In this document: one piece after another, positions 7,095 through 16,970 of the stretch
Layout: every line of letters begins with the position of its first letter
Position numbering within the stretch: position 1 is the first letter of the stretch
NCBI GenBank assembly: GCA_963833125.1
Contig: CAWHWX010000021.1
Span: forward strand, 1-19,727
DNA length: 19,727 nt
Direction: 5' to 3'
DNA from: Candidatus Bathyarchaeota archaeon
Lineage (GTDB): Archaea > Thermoproteota > Bathyarchaeia > 40CM-2-53-6
The notes under the pieces: model-generated
Seen by the model: the letters and a program-made list of their open reading frames with translations, nothing else
What the model was told of the DNA's origin: nothing
Database searches by the model: none
Program-made: the position numbers and the translations under genes

Positions 7095-8291
7095 TTGAGC
7101 AAACTTTCCACCGGATCAGCCAGCGTTGCCGTGGCTTTGAGCCAAAAGCCTCGGTCTTACATGTTCACGTCCGAAAGCGTCACCGAAGGTCACCCCGACA
7201 AGGTGGCGGATCAAATCTCAGACGCGATCCTCGACGCCATCATGCAGAAGGATCCGAAATCACGCCGTAGACATCGAGACTCTCATAATGAAAGGAACCA
7301 TAATTGTTACGGGTCAAATCTCAACAGCAAGCTACGTCCCGATTAGCCAAATCGTCCGCAACGTACTCCCGATATCGGCTTTAACAACGCGAAGGTAGGC
7401 TTGGATTGGGAAGCCTGCGGAGTCCTCGTCTCAGTAGAAGAGCAGTCTCCAGATATCGCCATGGGGGTCGATAAGGAAGACATTGGCGCGGGCGATCAGG
7501 GAATGGTGTTCGGGCACGCGACGAATGAAACTCCTGAACTAATGCCCCTACCGATCATCCTAGCCCACAAACTTGTCAGACGCCTCGCAGAGGTAAGAAA
7601 ACAGGAAATTCTACCCTACCTGCGGCCTGACGGAAAGTCGCAAGTGACCGTTGAATATTCGAACGGCAAACCGAAACGTGTAGACGCAGTAGTAATCGCG
7701 GCCCAACACAACGAAGACGTGCCAAGGGAGCAAATGAGAAAGGATATCATCGAGAAGGTAATCGAAAACGTCATCCCCAAGAACATGCTCGACAAGAACA
7801 CTAAATTCTTCATAAATGAAACCGGCCGCTTCACAGTAGGCGGCACACTCGCAGATTCCGGCCTGACTGGAAGGAAGATAATCGTTGACACGTACGGCGG
7901 GATTGGCAGCCACGGTGGCGGTTGTTTTTCCGGGAAGGATCCTACCAAAGTCGATCGATCCGGGAGCTACATGGCGCGGTACATTGCGAAGAACATAGTC
8001 GCGGCAGGTCTCGCCGACAAGTGCGACGTGCAGATCGCCTACGCCATAGGCGTTTCAAAGCCGGTTTCGGTCATGGTCTACACCTACGGCACTGGTAAGG
8101 CGTCCGATGAGAGAATTACGGATGCAGTGAAAGCAGTTTTCGACATGACCCCCAAGGGAATAATTGAGCGCCTAAATCTCCGAAGGCCCATTTACAGAAA
8201 GACGGCAACCTACGGACATTTCGGGCGGGACGATCCCGACTTTACATGGGAACGCACTGACAAAGTAGACGAACTCAAGAATTACGCATAG
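7095..8291 (+). CDS. metK: S-adenosylmethionine synthetase, bacterial/eukaryotic type (two compensating indels ~7266 and ~7369)
   Basis: [58 protein letters not shown] and YGHFGR. The missing middle ([19 protein letters not shown]...) reads in a shifted frame between the indels. Exact start uncertain. Confidence 0.93.
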
Positions 8292-8376
8292 ACAGTGTTG
8301 AAATGGGAACACGGCATCAATCGTAGATCCTTGAACATCATCCAATCAGGTCCACCGCAAGATTAGCACCAGTATA

Positions 8377-9517
8377 TTGATTAGGCCCGTTCGTGCGGTT
8401 TCGTGGCTTAACGCTGAGCGGTTGTCAATGGATGTAGGAAAGTCACTACAGCGCGTAGTTACAATGGGTAGAATGCTTGCCCTAATCCTCGCAATCTTCT
8501 CAGCCTTCACTTACGTAATTACCCTCATCTTAGGCCCAGTACTTTACTTCACTACACCCGATGGCCTGAAGGACGCTGGGCACGTAATCCACCAGCTCCC
8601 CCTGGACATCTTTATGCTTTACACAGTGTACCTCCCTGGCGGAATGAGCCACGGAACCCTATTCGCGATAATTTGGATTATTTTCGTTGTTTGCCTGGTG
8701 GCAGCATTTCTTAGCGCTGGAGGTTTTGTAAAAACGGTTAAGGATGCCCTCTCTAAGCCAATTTCAGTCGCGAAAACAAACTTCCTCTATATCATGCCCC
8801 TAGTAGCCACGGCCCTTCTTTACACGACAATTCTCATTTCAGAATTCCAAACAACGCAGGGCATTCAAACAGGCAGCTTAAATTTTCCCGCTCAGACAAG
8901 TCCGTACCTGATCCTCCTCAATCTTGCTTATGCTGCCGATAAGCGAGGAATTCGCCTTCCGGATAACAACGATCGGAATCCCGTTTGCCGCATTCCTTCT
9001 CATCATTTACCGATCAGATGCGCGGACGAAGGGGCTGAAGAAACGCGTGGGTTTATTCCTCCTCACCCTATTCAGTCCCGAACTCGCCAAATCTAAGCTG
9101 GGTTACAAGACCGTGGCTGCAAACGGTTTCATCCGCGGCATTAGTCCCATGGAGTGGGCGCTTATTGTGGTAAGCTCGGCGGTGTTCGGGATAGCTCACT
9201 ACATTGGCGGAGGAGGCTGGGAGATCGGGAAAGTTTCTACTGCGGCACTAGCAGGTTTCGTTTTTGCTATCATGTATGTGAGCTACGGCGCCTACGCAGA
9301 CATTCTCATGCACTGGTTCTTCAACTACTACTTCACAGTCCTCGATATGGCGAGCACCGCGTATGGCGGCGTGTTTACTGGTTTCGCGAACTTCGTCGAG
9401 ATCAGTAACCTGTTAGCAGGCCCAGTCGTACTTATCGTCTTTCTGCTAATCTCTGCCCTAAAGCTGTCCGACTACCTCACAGCACGGGCCGCGGGAATTT
9501 CCACAAAGACCACCTAA
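8377..9517 (+). CDS. CPBP (Abi/CAAX type II) intramembrane glutamic protease (frameshift ~8935)
   Basis: Motifs EEFAFR, FGIAH and HWFFN. The N-terminal TM part (8377 frame) joins the 8924 frame at ...NLAYA/PISEE. Confidence 0.85.
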
Positions 9518-9652
9518 ACCCATTCGACAATCTTATACGGCAAAACAACCCAACTCAGTCTGGTGCAGGGGCCTGTATCACCGCCAAGTCCACTAAGGCT
9601 AGAAACAAGCTCTCTCTTAGGCCTCAATGCATTTTCTAGCAAGTGACAACAC

Positions 9653-12016
9653 ATGGCAACTCCGGAGAAAACTGAAACCGCGAAGAAATTCCTGCCACAA
9701 ATCACCGAAAAGAGATGGGACCATAATGTTGAGAGGACAATTTTCGATCAATGGCAGCAGGAAGGGATGTTTAGGTTCAAGGCCGGTAAGGGAGGAAAAA
9801 CCTTCCTCATCGACACTCCGCCGCCAACCACCTCAGGAACTTGGCACATAGGCGCAGTGGCAGCCTACTCACAAATCGATATGATTGCCCGATCCCAACG
9901 GATGCAGGGAAAATCCGTTCTATTCCCAATCGGCTTTGACCGAAACGGAATCAATGTCGAGATCTACGTAGAGAAGCAATCAAAGGTGCGGATGCGGGAC
10001 ACACCCAGGCAACAATTCATCGACCTATGCTCACACGCGCTCGACGAGCTCGAGGCTCAGATGTTGAACATGATGAAGCGGGTCGGGTTGAGTGGGGATT
10101 ACGAGGGCAGATATCACACCGATCACGAAGACTACCGGAAGCGGACGCAGGCCACATTTATCGAACTCTGGAAAAGAGGGCTCATCTACGAAACAACACG
10201 CCCCAACAACTACTGCCACGTGTGCGGAACAACAATCGCCGACGCAGAAGTAGAATACGAAGATCTTCCCTCGAACCTGACGTATCTCAACTTCAAAATT
10301 GAAGAAACAGGCGAAACGCTAGTGATCGCGACAACCCGGCCTGAACTTGTTTGCGCATGTCAGTTGGTAATCGTGAACCCCACGGACGAGAGATACACGA
10401 AGTTTCATGGAATGCACGCGATTCTACCCATCTACGGCCGTAAAGTCGAAGTTAAACCCCATCCGAGCGCAAAAGCCGAGTTCGGTACGGGGGCCGTAAT
10501 GATATGCAGCTACGGAGACTACACGGACGTACTACTCTTCAGGGAGTTGAGTCTCAAAGAGGTCTTAGCCGTAGGGCCGGATGGCAGACTTACCGCTGCC
10601 GCGGGAGCATACCAAGGTTCTACGATGTTAGAGGGACGCTCGCGAATCCTAGAAGACTTGCGCTCTCAGGGCCTACTCGTCAAAACTGAAAAGATTAGGC
10701 ACCGCACACCAGTATGCTCACGCAGCAACACCCCAATTGAAATCATACCGATGAAGGAATACTACCTAAAGCAAATAGACTTCATCCCGAAGCTCAAACA
10801 ACTCGCTAAGCAAATCACCTTTCACCCCGAGGCGGGTAGGCAGATATTGCTCGACTGGATAAACTCGATAACGATTGACTGGCCGATTTCCAGACGACGC
10901 GTATACGCCACTGAGATTCCGGTTTGGTACTGCAAGAGCTGCGGCACAACATTCCTCCCTCCCCCGGGCGAATATTACAGGCCATGGAGAGATCAACCAC
11001 CATCTGCAATATGTTCCAAATGCGGTAACGCTGAATTTGACGGGGAGACTCGCACATTCGACACCTGGATGGACTCAAGCATTTCCGCGCTTTACATTTC
11101 CAAATACCAACTAGACCCCAAGTTCTTCAAGCGAGCATACCCTGCAAGCATACGGCCTCAGGGGAAGGACATAGTGAGAACTTGGCTCCACTACTCCGTC
11201 CTGAGGTGCTACCAATTAACAGGCCGAGCGCCATTTACAGATGCGTGGATAAACGGGCTTGGGATGGATGAACAAGGTCAAGCGATGCACAAGAGCAAAG
11301 GGAATGTTGTAGAGCCTGAACCGGTTCTTGAAAAGTTCGGAGCAGACTCATTCAGGTTCTGGAACGCTTCCGAAGCAACCCTTGGTTCCGATTTCCGTTG
11401 CTCCGAAATGAGAATCGCCGCAGCCCACAAATTCATGACGAAACTCTGGAATCTCTCCCGTTTCATCTCATCCTTCCCACAAGTCAAGACAGCCAGACTC
11501 CAGCCCAGCGACAAATGGATTCTCTCCGAACTCACCCTACTGATACAAAAATCCATCAAGGGCTATCGCGATTACAATTTCTTTGTCCCCTCAACAGCAA
11601 TCAGAGACTTCGTCTGGGAGACATTTGCCTCACATTACCTAGAGATGGTGAAGCCTCGCGCCTACGGCGAGGGCTTCACAAAGAGTCAGCAGAAAGCTGC
11701 ATGGTACACGCTCCACACAGTCTTGAAGAGTGTACTCCTTCTAATTGCCCCTATAGCCCCGTTCATGCCAGAGCACGTCTGGAAGCAATTGTACTCGAAG
11801 AGAAGCATCCACGCCCAGGAATTCCCAAAGCCGGAGTGGTCGAAGGCATCGAAGCGTTATACCCAGAAGATGTTCGATTTCAACCGAGAAGTCTGGAAGA
11901 TTAAGAAGGAAAAGAGCCTGGCTCTACGTGACCCAGTCGATGTAAAGATCCCGAAGGCTCTAGCGCCGTTCACAGACGATTTGGTTAGGATGCATTCGTT
12001 GATCACGAAGCCATAG
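9653..12016 (+). CDS. valS: Valine--tRNA ligase, archaeal type
   Basis: DTPPP, HIGH-like WHIGA, editing-domain ATTRPE and GTGAV, DWPISR, DTWMDSS, RPQGKDIV, KMSKS-like AMHKSKGN. No bacterial C-terminal coiled coil. Confidence 0.95.
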   Translation: MATPEKTETAKKFLPQITEKRWDHNVERTIFDQWQQEGMFRFKAGKGGKTFLIDTPPPTTSGTWHIGAVAAYSQIDMIARSQRMQGKSVLFPIGFDRNGINVEIYVEKQSKVRMRDTPRQQFIDLCSHALDELEAQMLNMMKRVGLSGDYEGRYHTDHEDYRKRTQATFIELWKRGLIYETTRPNNYCHVCGTTIADAEVEYEDLPSNLTYLNFKIEETGETLVIATTRPELVCACQLVIVNPTDERYTKFHGMHAILPIYGRKVEVKPHPSAKAEFGTGAVMICSYGDYTDVLLFRELSLKEVLAVGPDGRLTAAAGAYQGSTMLEGRSRILEDLRSQGLLVKTEKIRHRTPVCSRSNTPIEIIPMKEYYLKQIDFIPKLKQLAKQITFHPEAGRQILLDWINSITIDWPISRRRVYATEIPVWYCKSCGTTFLPPPGEYYRPWRDQPPSAICSKCGNAEFDGETRTFDTWMDSSISALYISKYQLDPKFFKRAYPASIRPQGKDIVRTWLHYSVLRCYQLTGRAPFTDAWINGLGMDEQGQAMHKSKGNVVEPEPVLEKFGADSFRFWNASEATLGSDFRCSEMRIAAAHKFMTKLWNLSRFISSFPQVKTARLQPSDKWILSELTLLIQKSIKGYRDYNFFVPSTAIRDFVWETFASHYLEMVKPRAYGEGFTKSQQKAAWYTLHTVLKSVLLLIAPIAPFMPEHVWKQLYSKRSIHAQEFPKPEWSKASKRYTQKMFDFNREVWKIKKEKSLALRDPVDVKIPKALAPFTDDLVRMHSLITKP

Positions 12017-12059
12017 TCGAAGTGCAATAGTTTAATATCGCAAGACTCGCTCTAACGCC

Positions 12060-12362
12060 TTGATTTCGATGAAGATATCCGAACTCAAGCCTGGAATGCG
12101 GCGTGTGGACACGATAACCGCCAAGATTCAAGAAATCTCCCCAGCAAGGGAAGTAACGACAAGAAGGGGCGAACAATCCAGGGTTGCTACAGCAGTTGTC
12201 GCCGATGATTCTGGCACTGTCAAACTTAACCTATGGAATGAACAAATCGACCAGGTAAAGGCCAACGATACTGTAACGATTGAGAATGGGTATGTGGATA
12301 GTTTCCGCGGCGAGACCCAGCTGAACGTAGGCCGATACGGTAAGCTCACAGTGCAGCCATAA
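12060..12362 (+). CDS. Single OB-fold single-stranded DNA-binding protein (crenarchaeal SSB/RPA-like)
   Basis: KISELKPG, VADDSGTVKLNLW and IENGYVDSFRGETQLNVGRYG. TTTAATAT at 12031-12038 is a TATA candidate. Alternative ATG start at 12069. Confidence 0.88.
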   Translation: MISMKISELKPGMRRVDTITAKIQEISPAREVTTRRGEQSRVATAVVADDSGTVKLNLWNEQIDQVKANDTVTIENGYVDSFRGETQLNVGRYGKLTVQP

Positions 12363-12401
12363 CCGAATTCTTCACCTCCTACGCCGGTTAAGGCCCAAAA
12401 T

Positions 12402-13286
12402 TTGAGCACAGACGATCGCTTCGAAGAAATAAAACATCTACTTGACTCAACGATAAACGAATTTCAAACACTCTTCGAATCGGCGGGTGGGTTCGAAGAC
12501 TCAAGAGTCGGAAATGGTTGGGCTCCGGATAAGTTAACGCCTGAGGTCTATTGCCTCGAGCCAAAACCCCTACCAGAACTGCTCAAGACGGCTGAGGACC
12601 GTAAGGCAGCCTTGTTCAAAAACCGAGTCCTGTCTCTGCTCAAACCGAAGGACCAAGACGTTCACGCCGCGGAACCACCTAAACTAAAACTGATTCCGTT
12701 CTGGAGAATTCATGGATACCATGAATGTTTCTACTTTAGGGGAAACACGTACAAAATCGATCTTCCCCAGGATGTCGTCGCTGTGGAAGTTGAAGGAAAG
12801 ATCAGGGATCTCGTTGAACTGGGTTCTGCTGAAGGACAGGGAATATCGAATTTAGCAAAACGGTTACTGGGGAGAAGGGAGGGGTCAGAATCAAAATCGT
12901 TTCGACTAAACGAAATCACGGAGCTAGCGCATATGTACGACGAGAATTCCCTCTTTCTCAATGCGCATGGAAAGGAAGACCTCGAGGCCGAGGCGTTCTT
13001 CGACCGTCCCCTACCTCTCAAGAAGACAACCTACGAAGAACTACTCCTACAATACCCCGCCGTAGAATTCGAGACAAATTCGATGACCAAAGAGGAATTG
13101 GTCGCGAAGCTCCATGCTATGGTTGTTAAGCCACCCGCGGCATTCTCAAAGATACTTAGTAACCGATTCCAAGTGACTCAGTTAGCCCAATACCTAATGC
13201 CGGTCTACTCTTTCATCTTTGAATGGCACGGACAAAAAAGAGCGCTATCCGTGCATGGATACACCGGCGGAATTTTTCAACCCTGA
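12402..13286 (+). CDS. Hypothetical soluble protein
   Basis: 294-aa uninterrupted ORF co-oriented with SSB. Aromatic motifs LIPFW and YLMPVYSF...VHGYTG. Family not recognised with confidence. Confidence 0.7.
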   Translation: MSTDDRFEEIKHLLDSTINEFQTLFESAGGFEDSRVGNGWAPDKLTPEVYCLEPKPLPELLKTAEDRKAALFKNRVLSLLKPKDQDVHAAEPPKLKLIPFWRIHGYHECFYFRGNTYKIDLPQDVVAVEVEGKIRDLVELGSAEGQGISNLAKRLLGRREGSESKSFRLNEITELAHMYDENSLFLNAHGKEDLEAEAFFDRPLPLKKTTYEELLLQYPAVEFETNSMTKEELVAKLHAMVVKPPAAFSKILSNRFQVTQLAQYLMPVYSFIFEWHGQKRALSVHGYTGGIFQP

Positions 13287-14723
13287 GAGAACTTGCGGTA
13301 CCTCGGCCGCTTGAGAAGTCTCCTTAACCGGAAGTAGACCTTCCTTCCATAACGGGACACCGACCAACGAACAACAAACGCGACCGCAACGACACCTACA
13401 ATAACACTGATGAACAAATACGGCTGAGCTACCACCTCGTAAGTGGCCTTGCCCGAGTTCCCTAACGTGTCTCCTGCGCTAACCTTCAACGTCCACGTCC
13501 CGCCACGAATCAAATCAAAGAGTGTGCTTGAGTACGAAGCCCGCCATTCGCCAATGGAGGGGTCGTAGGTTGCCATCAACGGTGTGATCGATGATCCGGT
13601 AGAGACGACAAGGTTCACCGACCCAACGGTCAAAGGTGTTCCGTCCGGATATGTCACCTTTGATATTATGCTGACTTGGCCGAACGGAATTTGGATTCGT
13701 GTTCCGTTCAATTGACTGCTGATGATCAGGCTGGCATTCGTAACTGTGAAGTAATTAGAGGCCGTGTCAACTGCCGCACCCTTGTTCCCGAATCCATCGT
13801 CAAAGGCCATTGCGGGCATGTCGAAGCGATATTTCCCGCTGGGCGTCGCGTTGGCGAAGAGTTTGACCCCAGCCGCCCAGATGCCGTTTGCGGGATCAAC
13901 AAGGGTAAGATTGGCGGGGCCAAGTGTGGTCTGGTCTCGCATCAGGATGACGGGTTGTGAGGTAGGGTTTGAATTGACTACGGGGCTGCCGTCTGGGTAT
14001 TGAATTGCCATCGTTACATTGGCAACTTGTGTCCTCTGGTAGGTTGAGTTTGGTTGGTTTACGATTCTGGTCGATAGTACTGCCTGCGTCACAGTAAATT
14101 TCGCCGTAGAGGAAAAGTCCTGTTGCGGATTATCGAATGTCCCCGTGCCATAGATCACGGCTGTAAATACGTCTGTAATCGCGTCTGGCGGAATTCTCCA
14201 GGTATGATTGAAATCTCCCTCGGTCGTCGAAGCGAGTGTGGAGTGTACGATGTTGCCCGCCGGATCTTGAATAGTCAAACTGATGCTTGTGCCCGGAAAA
14301 ATGCCCCCGCCTATGATGTTCACAGACTGTGTTCTTTGATATACGGGCGTCGCTGAACCCCAGACACCGAAATGTGCGATCGCCTGCGCAGTTATCGGTG
14401 GTTGATGACGTAGATAGGCTGATGAGGTACGTACCCAATTCTGCATTGGCTGATAGAGGATAGGTTGTATCAGGAGGGATGAGTCCTCCAGAAACGGGCG
14501 TGAAGCTGACTCCGGTGTATCGTGTCTTGTTGGTGGCAGGTCCCCTTACCCAGAGGTAGTATTGTTGACTGGGCGTTAGCCCGGATCCGGCTAGGGTTAC
14601 TTGCTTGTCTCTGATGGTGTACAAGTAATTGTCTGTGCTTAGCGAAGGTGATGCTTTGGCTGGAAGCGGGAGGGCTAGCAGGATGATTGCCAGGGCAAGA
14701 AGTATGATTTTGGTTTGCTTCAT
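13277..14723 (-). CDS. Secreted, C-terminally membrane-anchored beta-rich (Ig-like) surface protein (frameshift ~14388)
   Basis: Signal peptide MKQTKIILLALAIILLALPLPAKA. Thr/Ser-rich beta segments with repeated YPDG.P motifs. C-terminal TM helix plus basic tail. ORFs 14130..14723 and 13277..14446 join near TTDNC/AQAIAHF. Confidence 0.75.
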
Positions 14724-14773
14724 TCGGTTTTTCCCTCCGCTTTCGCACTTCTTACGGCCAGTATGGTGTCATT

Positions 14774-14899
14774 TGGCGCCGGGAGAGGGATTCGAACCCC
14801 CGAGGCCCATAAGGGCCACGGGCTTGCATTGAAGTTGACACTCAAGGCCCGCGCCTTTGGACCATTTTCCATGATGTTAATCCACTCGGCCATCCCGGC
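14774..14899 (-). tRNA. trnS: tRNA-Ser(TGA) with two introns (21/22 and 37/38), CCA end encoded
   Basis: Removing 14877-14857 (21 nt; BHB GGAT/GTCC, bulges TA|A and AA|A) and 14840-14825 (16 nt) gives GCCGGGA TG GCC GAGTGGATTAA GGC G CGGGC CTTGAGA GCCCG TGGCCCTTATGGGCCTC GGGGG TTCGAAT CCCTC TCCCGGC G CCA (89 nt). Long variable arm and G73 fit Ser. Confidence 0.9.
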
Positions 14900-14923
14900 T
14901 AAAGTATCCCTGAAGCCGATTCC

Positions 14924-14930
14924 TATTTAA
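14924..14930 (-). promoter_or_regulatory. TATA box candidate for tRNA-Ser
   Basis: TTAAATA on the minus strand, 25-31 nt upstream of the mature 5' end, inside the 76-nt divergent gap shared with archease. Confidence 0.55.
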
Positions 14931-14975
14931 GTTCCCGTTGGCTTGCGAGCGCGAAAATTCAGATAGGTCTTCGCT

Positions 14976-15410
14976 TTGGCAGCCCCGCGTTATGAGTTTC
15001 TTCCACATACAACAGACGCATACATTCAATCTGTTGGTCCCACTTTTGAGGAGGCGCTTGAAAATGCGGGGCTAGCGCTGTTCGATACGATGTGTAACTT
15101 AGATTCAATTTCGATTAAAGAGGTCGACGATGTTGAGGCTGACGGTGGTGACGAAGTAGAGCTTCTCTATGATTGGCTCGAAACGCTGCTGCTGAAATTC
15201 GAGCTCGACAGTAAGGTCTACTCGAAATTTCATGTCACCCTCCTGAAGACCGCTCCCAACATCCTACAACTCAGAGCCAAGGCCTACGGCGAGACCTACA
15301 ATCGCCAGCTTCATGACTCTAAGGTTGAGGTAAAGGCTGTGACCCTTCACAGAATGGAAGTCGTGAGAGAAGGAAATTTAGTCATTCTTAGGTTCATACT
15401 TGACCTCTAG
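14976..15410 (+). CDS. Archease (cofactor of the RtcB tRNA-splicing ligase)
   Basis: YEFLPHTTD, LLYDWLETLL, C-terminal EVKAVTLH and terminal ILDL; 144 aa. Confidence 0.93.
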   Translation: MAAPRYEFLPHTTDAYIQSVGPTFEEALENAGLALFDTMCNLDSISIKEVDDVEADGGDEVELLYDWLETLLLKFELDSKVYSKFHVTLLKTAPNILQLRAKAYGETYNRQLHDSKVEVKAVTLHRMEVVREGNLVILRFILDL

Positions 15411-16437
15411 CCGCCTTGAAGCTTGGTATTAGGAAAAGTTTCGCAGGGTCGACATCCCTCAGCACTGATAGATAAGTCGAAACATAATCACCGAAAGTTA
15501 TAGCGCTAAGTAACCACCCCAATCTATCTTCGCCTACCACTTCGAAACTAATGGCCCGCGCAAATCCGAGCTGCGAAAGCAACTCAACCAACCTTTTCTC
15601 CGTCCTTTCATCCCCTCCCATTTGGTTTTGGTTACGAAGAAGGATCGGTTGAGTTCGAGACAGCTCCGTGAGCATCCTCAGCCCTTCGATGTCATTGTGG
15701 TATGCTTCTGGGAGGGCGAGGTAGAATGCTGGAACTTTGCTGTTCTCATTAAGCTCATTTTTGAATCGGCGAAGCACGCTAATGTTGTCCTCGCTCCCTA
15801 ACAGGAGGGGGAGATGATCCTTGAGTGCGACGGCCATCTGCTTCGCCTGATTCTTGGTCAGCGGGACTGATGGCTTCACCGAACTAATTATTTGCCGGAC
15901 AGACCGTGAAGCCGTTTCAAGCAGTTTCTGAGTATCCTTGAGAACGCCTCCTTGACCTAAGACATAGGCCAGTGCAGCTACGAGTTCAGGTAACGCCAAT
16001 CTTGGAGGCATGCCTCCATCGACCTTCACGTAAGGGATTCCTTGGGATTGCGCAGTCGCGAGAAGTTTCCCACCGGAGCAAACTACAGCAACGTTTGCTC
16101 CGTTACGCTTTGCTTGCTCGAACAATCCAAGTGTTTCGGCGGTATCTCCGGAGTAACTAATCGCAATGAATAGAGTATTCTTTCCCACATAACGCGGCAT
16201 TCCAACAGATCTGCAAACCGCCACAGGAATACCGACTTCACTCCGCAAGTAGTCTGTGAGGATATCCCCAACGATTCCGGAACCTCCCACGCCCCCAAAG
16301 ACGATGTTCATAGGGGTTTGAAAGCGAATTCGGCAGGTGGAATCGGCATTTGACGATGGAACCAGACGATCTGGAGTCCTCTCAATCGCCGCCAGCATAT
16401 CCGATTGGTCCACCCCTTCGAATTTCAGTCGGCTCAT
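15394..16437 (-). CDS. Bifunctional phosphoglucose/phosphomannose isomerase (SIS family)
   Basis: GVGGSG, ISYSGDTAET, SGGKL, PPRLA, RFKNELNENSK and PEAYHNDIEG. Confidence 0.92.
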   Translation of the reverse strand: MSRLKFEGVDQSDMLAAIERTPDRLVPSSNADSTCRIRFQTPMNIVFGGVGGSGIVGDILTDYLRSEVGIPVAVCRSVGMPRYVGKNTLFIAISYSGDTAETLGLFEQAKRNGANVAVVCSGGKLLATAQSQGIPYVKVDGGMPPRLALPELVAALAYVLGQGGVLKDTQKLLETASRSVRQIISSVKPSVPLTKNQAKQMAVALKDHLPLLLGSEDNISVLRRFKNELNENSKVPAFYLALPEAYHNDIEGLRMLTELSRTQPILLRNQNQMGGDERTEKRLVELLSQLGFARAISFEVVGEDRLGWLLSAITFGDYVSTYLSVLRDVDPAKLFLIPSFKAARGQV

Positions 16438-16485
16438 CTAGGCTCATTTTCACTCCCCTTGAGACGTATCCTTCTCCTAATAGAT

Positions 16486-16970
16486 TCATTCTTTCTTTGT
16501 AGTCTTTGGGGTGTCTCGTTCCTCGGCGTCCAATTCCTTGAATCGTGTTTCCACGAATTCAGCCACTCGCTCCTGACCATATTTCTTCAATTCGCTTTGT
16601 TTCTTCAATTGTTGTTCGATTGTGCGAAGCAGCTCAGTCATGTTGATTGGCTTGACCAAATAGCCATTGGCGCCCTTGTTTACCCGTCGATTGCATTCTG
16701 TAGTGCGGGGTATCCTGTGAGGATGATCTTGACCATCTCTGGGGTTGTTTGTTTCATGGAGGTTAGGACTTTCGTGCCGTCCATGTCTGGGAGGCGAATG
16801 TCTACGAGCGCAAGGTTATAGAAGTTGGTTTGAGATTTCGCGACGGCATCCTTGCCGTTGCTCGCGGTATCGACCAAGTATCCTTCAGTCTTCAGAGCTT
16901 CAGCGACAACTTTGCGAATTCCTTCATCGTCGTCTACGACGAGTATTCTGCCTTTCATGCCTTCACTCAT
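16486..16970 (-). CDS. Response regulator, receiver domain with short helical tail (frameshift ~16684)
   Basis: ILVVDDD, phosphoacceptor LVDIRLPDMDG and ILTGY. After a 1-nt deletion it continues VNKGANGYLVKP...QERVAEFVETRFKEL...KKE to TGA at 16488-16486. Confidence 0.88.

Noticed and set aside
14842-14844. TGA anticodon mistaken for selenocysteine or stop suppression
   Set aside because: Anticodon UGA reads the serine codon UCA; tRNA-Sec has anticodon UCA. The body is a standard tRNA-Ser.
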